Shown piece by piece: positions 12,314 through 23,059 of a stretch of DNA of 64,000 nt. Position numbers and translations under genes: made by a program. Origin of the DNA: Tubiluchus corallicola (lineage: Eukaryota; Animalia; Priapulida); the NCBI GenBank assembly GCA_030141605.1, contig JAQGDQ010000627.1, forward strand, positions 60,155-124,154. The letters run 5' to 3'. Numbering within the stretch: the stretch's first letter is position 1; each line of letters starts with the position of its first letter. Below the pieces are notes generated by a model, which did not search any database, was not told the origin of the DNA, and saw only the letters and a list, made by a program, of their open reading frames with translations.

Positions 12314-15300
12314 ATGACCAGTGAAATCAACAAGTTTTTATCAGCGGCTGAAGTTGGTGACTTAGCCATGGTGCAAGACTTATTAGATGGTGGTTTAGGA
12401 GTGGATGCCTTTGACGAGGATGGAGTAACTGCACTACAGGTTGCAGCTGCTAATGGGCAAGAGGATGTTGTTCGGTTGCTTTTGATGCGTGGAGCAGCAC
12501 TTGAGAAGTCAAACGTGCATGGTTGGTCAGCGCTGATGCAGTCTGCTCGACATGGACACACTGTAATTATGGGTTTACTGCTTCAACATAAAGCAGATCC
12601 AGACAGAAGGAGTTTGCTTGGTGGCAATGCACTACTGATGGCAGCTCGGGGTGGACATACAGCTGCTGTTCGCTTGTTACTTGACGCAGGAGCAGAAACT
12701 GACCCTTGTGGTACTTTAGGTGATTTTACTCCCCTGATTCCCGCTGTCGCATACGGCTATGATTCTGTTACTAAGCTGCTATTGGATCGGGGTTTTGATG
12801 CTAACTACAGAATGCTATCAACTGGCACGAGCAGTCTGATGTTTTCTGCTACAAATGGTCACATGACCACCTGTCAGCTCCTGGTTGATCGTGGATGTGA
12901 TTTGAATGCTGTAGACATATGTGAAAGAACTTCACTAGACTTAGCTGTTATGTCTAACAAAAGAGAAGTGCAGGGATACCTTGAAAGAAAAACAACTTAT
13001 CAGAAACGTAAAGCAGGTAATGAAATTTGAATCATTTTTGTTTGTTTTGCTGTCTAGCTTTTCAATAAGCTTCATACCTTATTAATCACTGAATGTCACA
13101 ATGACATCACACTTCTGTCACTTGTTTATTATATATGCTTACACTTTTTTAATTTGTTTATAAAGTACTAATGCGCTACAGACCTGTGATACTGGTAGTG
13201 AAGCTGAGAAAGCGTAATGTCCTTTATACAGTGATACCTCGAGATACGAAATTAATTCGTTCCGGAGGGGCTTTCGTATCTTAGAATTTGCGTATTATGA
13301 GACATGATTTACCATATAAATAGCGTCATTCATTCCAGCCCCCCGAAAACAGTTGTACAAAGTCTAAATGTTGTACCCACCCGAAAGAAATATGTTCATT
13401 AATGACTGATCGTCTAAGGGTTTTGCTCATACTCCCCTGCAATAGCATTTAAACGTATGCCACTTTCATATTTTTCGGACCCATGGTTATTGAATGCGTT
13501 CACATGAGATAAGAGCACAACAAAGCTTTCACGTGATGCTACGAAATGCATTCTGGAAGCACCGCTGTTGGGCGGCACTTTCGATTTTTAAATGGGACTG
13601 AAATTTCATCGAAGCCAGATTCGTATTTTGAATTTTTCGTATAATAGGATTTTCATAAGTCGAGGTTCCACTGTAGTCTCAAAGATTATAATGTTTATTC
13701 AGTTGCTTTCACCCTAACGGGTCTCATCAGCTAAAAATAACAGATAAAATGTTAAAACGGTATGTACCAATTTAAAAACATTAAAAACAAATGTAGCTAA
13801 ACCTCATTGGTTTGAAATATAATAAGTTAGAGAAATAGTATAAACGACTGCATAAGAAGAAAACACAGAACTGTACAATTGGTTTTTGCCAGAATAAAAA
13901 TGCAAAATAATTTTGCAAACCTCACTCTCAGATTACCAACACTTTCTATTCAGATATGTTAATTTACTCATTTGGCAAAAACCAATTGTATAGGTCTGTG
14001 TTTTTCTTTTTATGCAGTCATCTATACTCTCTCTAACTAATTATATTTCAAACCAATGAGGTTTAGCTACGATTTTGTTTTTATTGTTTTTACATTGGTT
14101 CATACTGTTTTAACATTTCGTCTGTTACTTTCAGCTGATGAGGTCCACTAGGGCAAAAGCTACTAGATATTATAATCTTTGAGGCTATAGAGGGCATTAT
14201 ACTTTTCTCTGTTAATGATGACAAGTCTCAGGAGAGCTCTCTCATATTTAAAGTCCTATGGTAGCTATAGGATGAAGGTGCATGAATTACTTCTACAAAC
14301 ATAGCACAACTACTGACTGTATGAGGTGTATATTAGCAGCAATCATTATAGAAGTTCTGTATTTGTGCTAGCTCAGTAGTTAGCAGGATATTAAATAATT
14401 TTTACGGAACTATAGTTGACCGTTGATTAATAGTCTATTTGGTTTTATCATTTTTTGTGAATAATGCAGAGCCAATTGATCGTAAGCCTAATATTATGGA
14501 AGCAAGTAAGATTGGAAATACAGCACTAGTCATGCAACTCGTTAACGCCGATCCTGCTTTAGTAAATTTGACTGACAGAGATGGCGCCACAGCACTCATG
14601 TATGCAGCTATGATGGGAAAATTGGACACTTGTGAATTTTTGGTAACATAATATCATTATTTTCTTGATCATAAGTAAATGATGTGACTGCATTCATGTT
14701 TCTAGGCAGTAACACTTTTTTTAAAAGGAGACACTTCGCATACATACTTGTGTTGACTACCTTATTATGTTACTCTATTTCTGTATAATTGCTTTGTGCA
14801 TGTTGTTATGCATGTATGGTCTCCTATTCAAACGCATTTCAGTGTCTAATGTGAATAAAAATATATTTTGATACATTTAATCTATCATGTTGTTTTAAAC
14901 TTCTATGGACTAACTCAGCAAAGTTTTAAACCCAATGTAAAATACGAATTTATAGTGCTATTTTTCTAATTAAACAGATACAAAGAGGTGCTGACATTAA
15001 CAAACAAGATTTAGTGAGTGGATGGACTGCACTGATGCAAGCAGTATATCATGGGTAGGTTTTTGTAATCATTTTTTTCATTAAAAAATCTTTATGTTTC
15101 CATGTAATTCTTATTAAAATCTCCTTTAATTAATATTTTATTGTATTTAAAGTGTCTGGAGATGTCTCTTAAAAAGATTTTGTTATAATAAATATTTGTG
15201 TACTTCAATAATGTCATAGGATTTTATTGCTTGTAGAAGAAAAGCTGTAATGAAATACCTATTGAATGCAGGAGCTGAGGTTACAGTTCAAGCCAAAAAT

Positions 15301-18300
15301 GGCTGTACAGCTTTTGATTTAGCTTCTCTGATAGGTGAGTAACCCAAACTTCTAGTTACTAGTTGTAGTCAAAGTTCTGATATCATTCTGTTAGTAATGA
15401 AACAGTGTTGTGCAATAGGAAGTATCTGAGTTAACAAACTGCTATTCAGACTTTCTTTGCTACAGGAAAATACATTATGTTATCTGTATTTGAAACATTG
15501 AGAAAAGCTGTAGCTTCTCATGTGTTAGCTTGAAAAATTGCTTAGTTGGGCAGATGAAATATGTTAAATGTGTTTCCTTACCAGTTATCTAAACATTCAG
15601 TTTCTATGTGATCATAAACTCGATTTATTGAAATTTAGATGATATAGACACAGATGTAGTACGCTTACTAGCGGCAGCTATGGTTAAAGTCAGCAAGGCG
15701 CCCAAAATAGCAAACACACCTGCACAGGCTTGGGTGGGTGGGATGAGCACAAGTACACCTGTACTGACGTCTGTTGGGTAATTATACCAATCTATTATTT
15801 ATAATGCTGAGCACTCAATGCTGGAAACATTTTGGATTTTTAAACTTTGGTTGCTAAGACTATTGCAATTTACCTACTTTTATGTATATACTTTATGATT
15901 TGTTATTTAGATTTTTAAAAAGATAAAAGAAAAATAAGGAAAAATTTCATGTATAAAAATTTACAACAATTCTGTTACTATAACAATGTTGAAATATGCG
16001 TGCAAAATTGCCAGAGAAGTTTATAAACTAGGTATGTTCTCCTGATGGTTGTTTTTTAATGTATGTAACATTATAGGGTTGATGCAACTGATAGTAAAGG
16101 AGGACTAAAACTTTGGTGGAACAGAATGTCCAACAGGTTTCGACAGTTAAAGTTAGGTAGAACATTTCGTCTTTCCACCAATCAGCTCGCTCCATTGCCA
16201 ATGGAAACAGCGAATCAAGAGACGAGTTTTAAGAAACCCTCACCTGACATTGAAAATTTTGATACGTCACAAGTAGATACCATTGATACCCTGCTTCTTG
16301 AGAACACACAAAACTCTCTGTTTTCTTTGGTATGTACATAGTATTTACGTACATGTAACATCAGTCGCAACATCTTTTTGATGCATTCATTTTTCAAGAG
16401 TTTTTTAGTGCAGAAAGAATACAGTTATTTGCTTTGTAATCAAGAAATGGAATATAAAATGTGAAGCATGTGAAATTGTATGCAAACAAATTTGTTAAAG
16501 TATTAAATAATAAAAGGATTACGTTTATTTTCCTAGGCAAATATTGGTCCTCATTCTAATACTAACTCAGAAACATTGAAGCCAGTTATACCACCGTTTT
16601 TGCCACCTCCTACATTTGAACTGAGTGAATCACATCGAGCAAAGATGCCAATGGGTTCACGGAAGAAGCTTGCTTCAATCAGTAGTACAGTAACAATGGT
16701 GAGATGATTTTTCGTATTACAGTACTATAGTTTATTAATGCTGTTACTGTATGTGTATTTAATTTTGTTGGTATATAGTTTAGTACAAAAACTCATTATG
16801 AGGTACATGCATTCAGATTTAATGTAGTACAAAAGTGTATGCCTTAATATTTAGAGTGTTGCAATTTTATTTACTGTAGGATTTATTTTAGTGCAACAGA
16901 AAGTCATATGTGATCAGTATCATGTAATTTACAGTAACTTACAACAAGAACTGAATAGGACCGAGAGGGTATAGTTCAATGAGTGAGCTCAGTCAATATT
17001 TTTAACAGAATATAAAACACCCAAACTTAATAGGACCAAGGGGTATAGTTCAATGATAGTGTGTTTGCTTCTCACCTGGGAGTTGCAAGTTCAATTCCTG
17101 ACCAAGTCATACTAAAGACTTAAAAAATGGTACTGCTGGTTTTTTGACCAAACATGTGGCTTTGCTCAAGTGTCATGCACGTACTAATAATCAGTACCAC
17201 CTTGGAAATAAATATTCCTAAACATACTTATTATTATTATTTGTCAGAAATCTTTGTTCACACATGCGAATGGGATTTTTATTTCAGTCTCCAAACAGGA
17301 AAAGAAAGGTCGTAAAGCCGTATAAGTTCTTGTCGACTACGTCTATTAGTCCATCAAATTCGGCTAGATTTAGTGCAGGCATTAGTAGTCCAAGTTCTTC
17401 TGGTGGGGCGAGTAGCATACCTTTGTATTATCGCCGCAGGATGCCAAACAGCTATAGCATGGATAATTTTCAATCTGGTAATTGCTATTAGCAAACCTTT
17501 TTTCTCTAATAATTAGAAAACGATGTGTATTCTTAACTGAGATATAGTTGTTGTCATTTAATGCTACTGGTCAAATACTCGTGGCAGATGTCTTATCAAT
17601 ATAGCACACAATGTAGTTCTGTTATTATGTTAGAAATATTTGTGGCAAGTAATATCTCTGTAGAAAACTTTGTAGATATGAATGTCTGTATAACAGCTGC
17701 ATTTTAATATGGACGCAGTTAGACAAGAACTTACAGATTTAGTGCAGTGCATAACTTGCATTGAATAAAACTTGCTTGTCTTATTTTTTCTCATCTCATT
17801 TCTTTTCACTGTGATTCACTTATCAATAAGAAGTTGCATTTGGTAGAGAACTCCTTTTTTACTATTTATGTTAATTTTTCAGTTTGTCAATTTATAAGGA
17901 GATAATGTAGCTGTTCAATATTTCTGCAAGAACTATTAATCCAAATTGTATTTTTACCTATAGCAGCAATAGACCTTTTTTGGCCAATCAAGCCTGGGAA
18001 TTAACTTGTTTCACTTCCACACCCACAGTATCTGAATCTTATATTTTTTGCTGCCTAGGTATTGAATCAACTTTACAGATACCCGAAGGTTCGGTCTTAA
18101 ATAATAGTTCCCAATATGGTCTTTCTAGTCCTGCGCGTTATGGACGAACACAGAGGTTAGTAGTAATGTAACACATTTGTATGACTGTAAAGTTAACGTG
18201 CGTTAAACTGTCTGTATGACACTACTGCAAAAGCATGCTGTTTCCATATCATGATATAAATTTAACAACTTGTTTTTGGTATCTGGAAAAAATTTCTGAA

Positions 18301-19139
18301 ATATCCTTTGTTGAGTTGTACTTCACATATCTTGTAGTAGATTGCCCTTCATCTTTTACACACTGAAAGTTTTAAACTGTGAGCAAATAAGGAATTCACC
18401 AAGTTGCAAACACTGTATAACTTTCAGCATATGCAAATGATGTGTACAGTACTATCATATATATCAGTGCGTAACAAAACCACTAGCCAACATTTGCTTA
18501 ACCAATTGGGTGAAATAAAGATAATATTTTTATGTACTGTGCAGAAAGTGCTTGTTGGCAGTATTCTACAGTTTGTTTAACTTTAAGTTTTGTTGCTAAG
18601 CATGGTATATTCAAAAATTGGTATACTGTATTATTGTGTAGTTATAAAATTTATTTGCATACATTTGCTCCATTAACTTATTTTATCTTATATGAACTGT
18701 TTCTCATTTTTAAGGTCCCCAATGTTTCGTAATAACGTGGTTTCTCCAATTAGCTATGCTTGTGCAAGCACTACACTGACACCACGTAAATCATCTACAT
18801 TGTCTTCAACTTCAAGAAGTAGTACTCTTACGCCAGACCCATCATCTGCCATGGTATGTTTCCTTTTCTAGTTTAACTAAGCATTATGTCTAGAACTGAT
18901 GTGCAAAAAAATGAAGTCATAATGACTGACAAAGACGAACCATGAATTTTATTTACATTTACTTTGATTGATGTTATATATAAAAGTTCTTTTGGCATTT
19001 CAAAGTGTATTTTTTTCATGTTCCAAAAAAAATATTACATATGTGTACCTAAAACACCCTGAAGACAGCATATTTTTTGTTTGAAATGGGTTGTACATCA
19101 GCTTAATTAAGGTGCTTTAACAACACCCAGCTTACATAT

Positions 19140-19229
<90 letters not shown>

Positions 19230-21288
19230 GCAGAATTGTCATTTTTATGACCATTAAAAAGCTTTGTGTTTTTGTAATATAAATGTTAGCAATTTAGTCT
19301 AATAAAATAACAACAACAAATCAATATACCAAGGCATTATAAATACTGTTAAAGCACATTTATTACTAAAGCATGACCCACTTTTCCTATTTGTATAACA
19401 ATATGCTGCTGTAGTTTTGTTTTCTCATTGTGTTTTTTATTTACAAGTGTGTACTGCAGCTGGTTTTATTCTTGTAATTTGTTGCTAATTTTCAGATAAA
19501 TGACATTTCAAAGTCGAGTTCAGAAACTTTATCTAATGAATCTCCTAACAGTGCAAAGAAGCTGGCCGGTCACTCTTCCAGCAGCGGTAATGTTTAAAAT
19601 AACATAAATTGCTGAATATTTGAACTTAAACGTATAAAGTATGTTCCTTCTGTGAATATCATTGATTTTGTTTTAGAAGAATCTACTTTTGCATTTATTT
19701 ACACCGTCGTAGGCCGATCCAGGGGAGTCCAACGGGTGCCCCCCTCTATTTTTGCCACGACAAATTTATTTTGTTTCAGAATAAATCCATAATGTTCATT
19801 TGTGAAGTGTAAAGAAGGCATATTTTCTATGCACGCCCTTGTAGTCTACTGTTCTATGCACGCCTTTGCAGTCTACTGTTCTGTGCACGCTCTTGCAGCC
19901 TACTGTTCTGTGCACGCCTTTGCAGTCTACTGTTCTGTGCACGCTCTTGCAGCCTACTGTTCTGTGCACGCCTTTGCAGTCTACTGTTCTGTGCACGCTC
20001 TTGCAGTCTACTGTTCTGTGCACGCTCTTGCAGCCTACTGTTCTATGCACGCTCTTGCAGCCTACTGTTCTGTGCACGCTCTTGCAGCCTACTGTTCTGT
20101 ACACGCCTTTGCAGTCTACTGTTCTATGCACGCCTTTGCAGTCTACTGTTCTGTGCACGCTCTTGCAGCCTACTGTTCTGTGCACGCCTTTGCAGTCTAC
20201 TGTTCTATGCACGCCTTTGCAGTCTACTGTTCTGTGCACGCTCTTGCAGCCTACTGTTCTGTGCACGCCTTTGCAGTCTACTGTTCTGTGCACGCTCTTG
20301 CAGCCTACTGTTCTGTACACGCCTTTGCAGTCTACTGTTCTATGCACACCTTTGCAGTCTACTGTTCTGTGCACGCCTTTGCAGTCTACTGTTCTATGCA
20401 CCCCTTTGCAGTCTACTGTTCTATGCACGCCTTTGCAGTCTACTGTTCTGTGCACGCCCTTGTAGTCTACTGTTCTGTACACGCCTTTGCAGTCTACTGT
20501 TCTATGCACGCCTTTGCAGTCTACTGTTCTATGCACGCCTTTGCAGTCTACTGTTCTATGCACGCCTTTGCAGTCTACTGTTCTGTGCACGCTCTTGCAG
20601 CCTACTGTTCTGTGCACGCCTTTGCAATCTACTGTTCTGTGCACGCTCTTGCAGCCTACTGTTCTGTGCACGCCTTTGCAGTCTACTGTTCTGTGCACGC
20701 TCTTGCAGCCTACTGTTCTGTGCACGCCTTTGCAGTCTACTGTTCTATGCACGCCTTTGCAGTCTACTGTTCTATGCACGCCTTTGCAGTCTACTGTTCT
20801 GTGCACGCTCTTGCAGCCTACTGTTGTAATGCTTATGGGTTACAATGACGCAAATACACGAAAATATTCGAGGCTAATGCAGTTTAAGAATCCATTGACT
20901 GAGTAGATTGAGTAAAAGGCTCAGCAATTTTTTTTGCATAAGTTCATCATGTTCTTTGTTTCTGTATGTAATCGGGTATGTACGGCTATTTTCTTGTCAA
21001 ATCCAGAAAGGTTCTCAACCAAAAAGTAAGAAAATTAAAAGTCGCGCGCTTACCAAAGTCGCAGTTTCAAAATCAGGCCCTGTGATCATTAGCTAGAAAT
21101 CCGACCTTACCAGCAAACTTCTCGAAATTGAAGGAATGACTGGTGTTATGACCCTGCTTATTTTGGACTCAGATTGCAGGAAACCTGTGATTGATGCATA
21201 GCAACTAAACTTTTGATTAACCTTGGCAAAAGCACATGACAAACAAAATTAATTAAGTCAAACAACAAAGGCTGTTGATAAGCCTATA

Positions 21289-21330
<42 letters not shown>

Positions 21331-23059
21331 AAGAGCAGCTCTATTTTTTAATAGCTTCCCAGACTTTTGATGGTAATCTGACCTGTTTGTGTATGAGTTT
21401 ATTTTTAAATCACCATTTAATTAAATACATAGATTTTTTTCCTGAAATAGTCCATGTGAATAAATTTCAGGATCAGCAGTTTAGCACATTTTGAGGCACA
21501 GCTGTGAATAGCTTATATGTTTAGGCCCGTACATGCATAGTCTGTCCCGGGCCATGTGTTACGACAAGTAGAGTAAGACATTCTCCTGGAGACAGGCACT
21601 GCAAGTAAATGTTTAAAAATCCTCACCATTAGACAGAGTAGGAAAAAAGGATTGATAATCATACCTTGCTGGAGGATAGCCAAGTATCGCATCAACTCAT
21701 CCAACTACAGTCTTCGGTATACCGTAGTAGAAAATTAAAGATAATTCTATCACAGGCCTATCGATATTTGTATCTGACTGAGTATGAATTTAAAATATTT
21801 CAGATGAATTGAGTCAAGTGTTAAAAAAGTTGTCACTTGCAAAGTACCGACCTATTTTTGAAGAACAAGAGGTAAATTGTGCATTTCATTATTCTTCATA
21901 TAAATTAAGTGTGGTTATATTGTTTTATGTGATTCACTATTAAAATTGCAATAATAAAGGTGATGTACATTGGTAACTGTTATGAAGTCACACTGAAGCT
22001 GTTTCTTAATTAAACTTAATGGAAATGTTTAAATATTGTATAGCTTGCGAAACTGGCATTCCACATTCTTTGTGATTTTTATCACTGTTTCATTACTAAA
22101 AAATAATTCGTTGTTGTCAAAACTTTTTCGCTTGAAATTTTTATGACTTGTTGCATACTTTCTGTTGCCCAAGTTGCTGCTACTGCATATAGTAAGTAAT
22201 AGTATAGTATCTAATAAAATAAACAGTTTAGGTAACAGTTACTTATTTTTTGCGAAGGAGCTGTGAGGACATTTGATTACGACTTCTGTTTACAGGTTGA
22301 CATGGAAGCATTTTTGACGTTAACTGATGATGACCTTAAAGAAATTGGCATTTCTCAAGCAGATCCAAGGCGAAAAATACTGTCTGCCATATCAGAACTA
22401 CAAAGTGGCAAGGTAATAGTATTCCATACTACGCAATAATAAACTACAAATTAGGTGAATGACTCCAAGATCCTTTAAACTAGCTTTTGTTACCGAATAT
22501 TTAAACGATTTGCTAAGTCCCAGATGCCTGTTGTTAGCAGATTGAACATAAACACTAAAGTGAATTTATTTCATAAAATTTACATTATCCCATAAGGCAA
22601 GATGTGGGAAAAATGTTCTAAATGTTTATTGATGTGATCTATCTTAGGGCAAGGAACGACAAATGCTACATGAAACAGTGAAAAATTTTCAATCTGGCGA
22701 TGCCCCCTCAAAAGGTTTGAAACACGTTCTATAATTTTATTAAATTATCCAATGTGACAAGCTAATCATGATGATTGTTTATTTGTACATGTTTAACACT
22801 GCAGAAATAATGATGTGTAGATACATGCATTTGTACAAAACCAAAAATCATTTAAAAAATTTTGTAATTCTATAAATGCTGCATCAGTAACAGCGATCAC
22901 CAGCAGCAAGTAATCATATCATGAACAGACAATCATTAAACACAAAGAAAAAGGCTTTTCACAAAGTTCACCTGTTTTAATTTCTCTATAGGCGAACGGA
23001 CATCAAACATTACAGCAAAAACTGATATTCAACGTAGTAAGAAGTCTTGCACAAGCTAG
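12314..23059 (+). CDS. ANKS6: Ankyrin repeat and SAM domain-containing protein 6 (ciliary inversin-compartment protein), 813 aa
   Basis: 15 GT-AG coding exons with consistent phases: 12314-13016, 14470-14642, 14978-15054, 15237-15334, 15639-15777, 16077-16329, 16537-16698, 17288-17477, 18059-18155, 18715-18853, 19496-19586, 21804-21871, 22296-22412, 22648-22714, 22992-23059 (sum 2442 nt, ends TAG). ANKS6-diagnostic motifs: [74 protein letters not shown], and the SAM domain [42 protein letters not shown]...[16 protein letters not shown]. Confidence 0.95.
13229..13673. mobile_element. pogo/Tigger-like (Tc1/mariner superfamily) MITE, 445 bp
   Basis: TA|CAGTGATACCTCGAGATACGAAA ... TTTCATAAGTCGAGGTTCCACTG|TA: imperfect TIRs with CAGT ends and a TA target duplication. 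Removing it restores the left arm of the palindrome. Confidence 0.85.
13695..13740 (-). ncRNA. Minimal type I hammerhead ribozyme motif (degenerate), left arm
   Basis: Minus strand: UUUAG CUGAUGA G ACCC-GUUA-GGGU GAAA GC AA CUGAA. Conserved CUGAUGA and GAAA boxes, stem II and stem I present; the U of the NUH site is mutated to A. Confidence 0.6.
14129..14167 (+). ncRNA. Minimal type I hammerhead ribozyme motif (degenerate), right arm
   Basis: Plus strand: UUUCAG CUGAUGA G GUCC-ACUA-GGGC AAAA GC UA CUAGA. CUGAUGA box, stem II and CUA cleavage triplet intact; GAAA mutated to AAAA. Confidence 0.55.
17029..17170 (+). mobile_element. tRNA-derived SINE remnant (Meta-domain-like core)
   Basis: A-box-like TATAGTTCAATGATAG and B-box-like GTTCAATTCC, then GTCATACTAAAGACTTAAAAAATGGTACTGCTGG, resembling a core shared by many invertebrate SINEs. 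The 5' head is duplicated at ~16954-16982. Confidence 0.5.
19145..19226. repeat. (CA)n microsatellite
   Basis: About 40 CA units, visible directly. Confidence 0.95.
19826..20826. repeat. 27-bp minisatellite, ~37 copies, in an ANKS6 intron
   Basis: Unit TGCACGCCTTTGCAGTCTACTGTTCTR, interspersed with the variant TGCACGCTCTTGCAGCCTACTGTTCTG. It produces the 9-aa-repeat ORFs in the track. Confidence 0.97.

Larger units (their letters stand above)
13205..14209. mobile_element. Long inverted-repeat element, probably inverted Penelope-like pseudo-LTR pair, interrupted by a MITE
   Basis: Arms 13205-13228 + 13674-13890 and ~13972-14209 are reverse complements (e.g. GTAGCTAAACCTCATTGGTTTGAAATATAAT / ATTATATTTCAAACCAATGAGGTTTAGCTAC), with an ~80-bp spacer. 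Each arm holds a hammerhead-like core. Confidence 0.75.

Noticed and set aside
19796-20906. Long Cys/His-rich repeat ORFs (336, 348, 199 and 139 aa)
   Set aside because: They are translations of the 27-bp minisatellite, open on both strands, inside an intron of a complete ANKS6 model.
12314-23059. Calling the ankyrin-SAM gene ANKS3
   Set aside because: The larger ankyrin count, the WWNRMSNRF and VIPPFLPP motifs, and a C-terminal SAM followed by GKGKERQ fit ANKS6.
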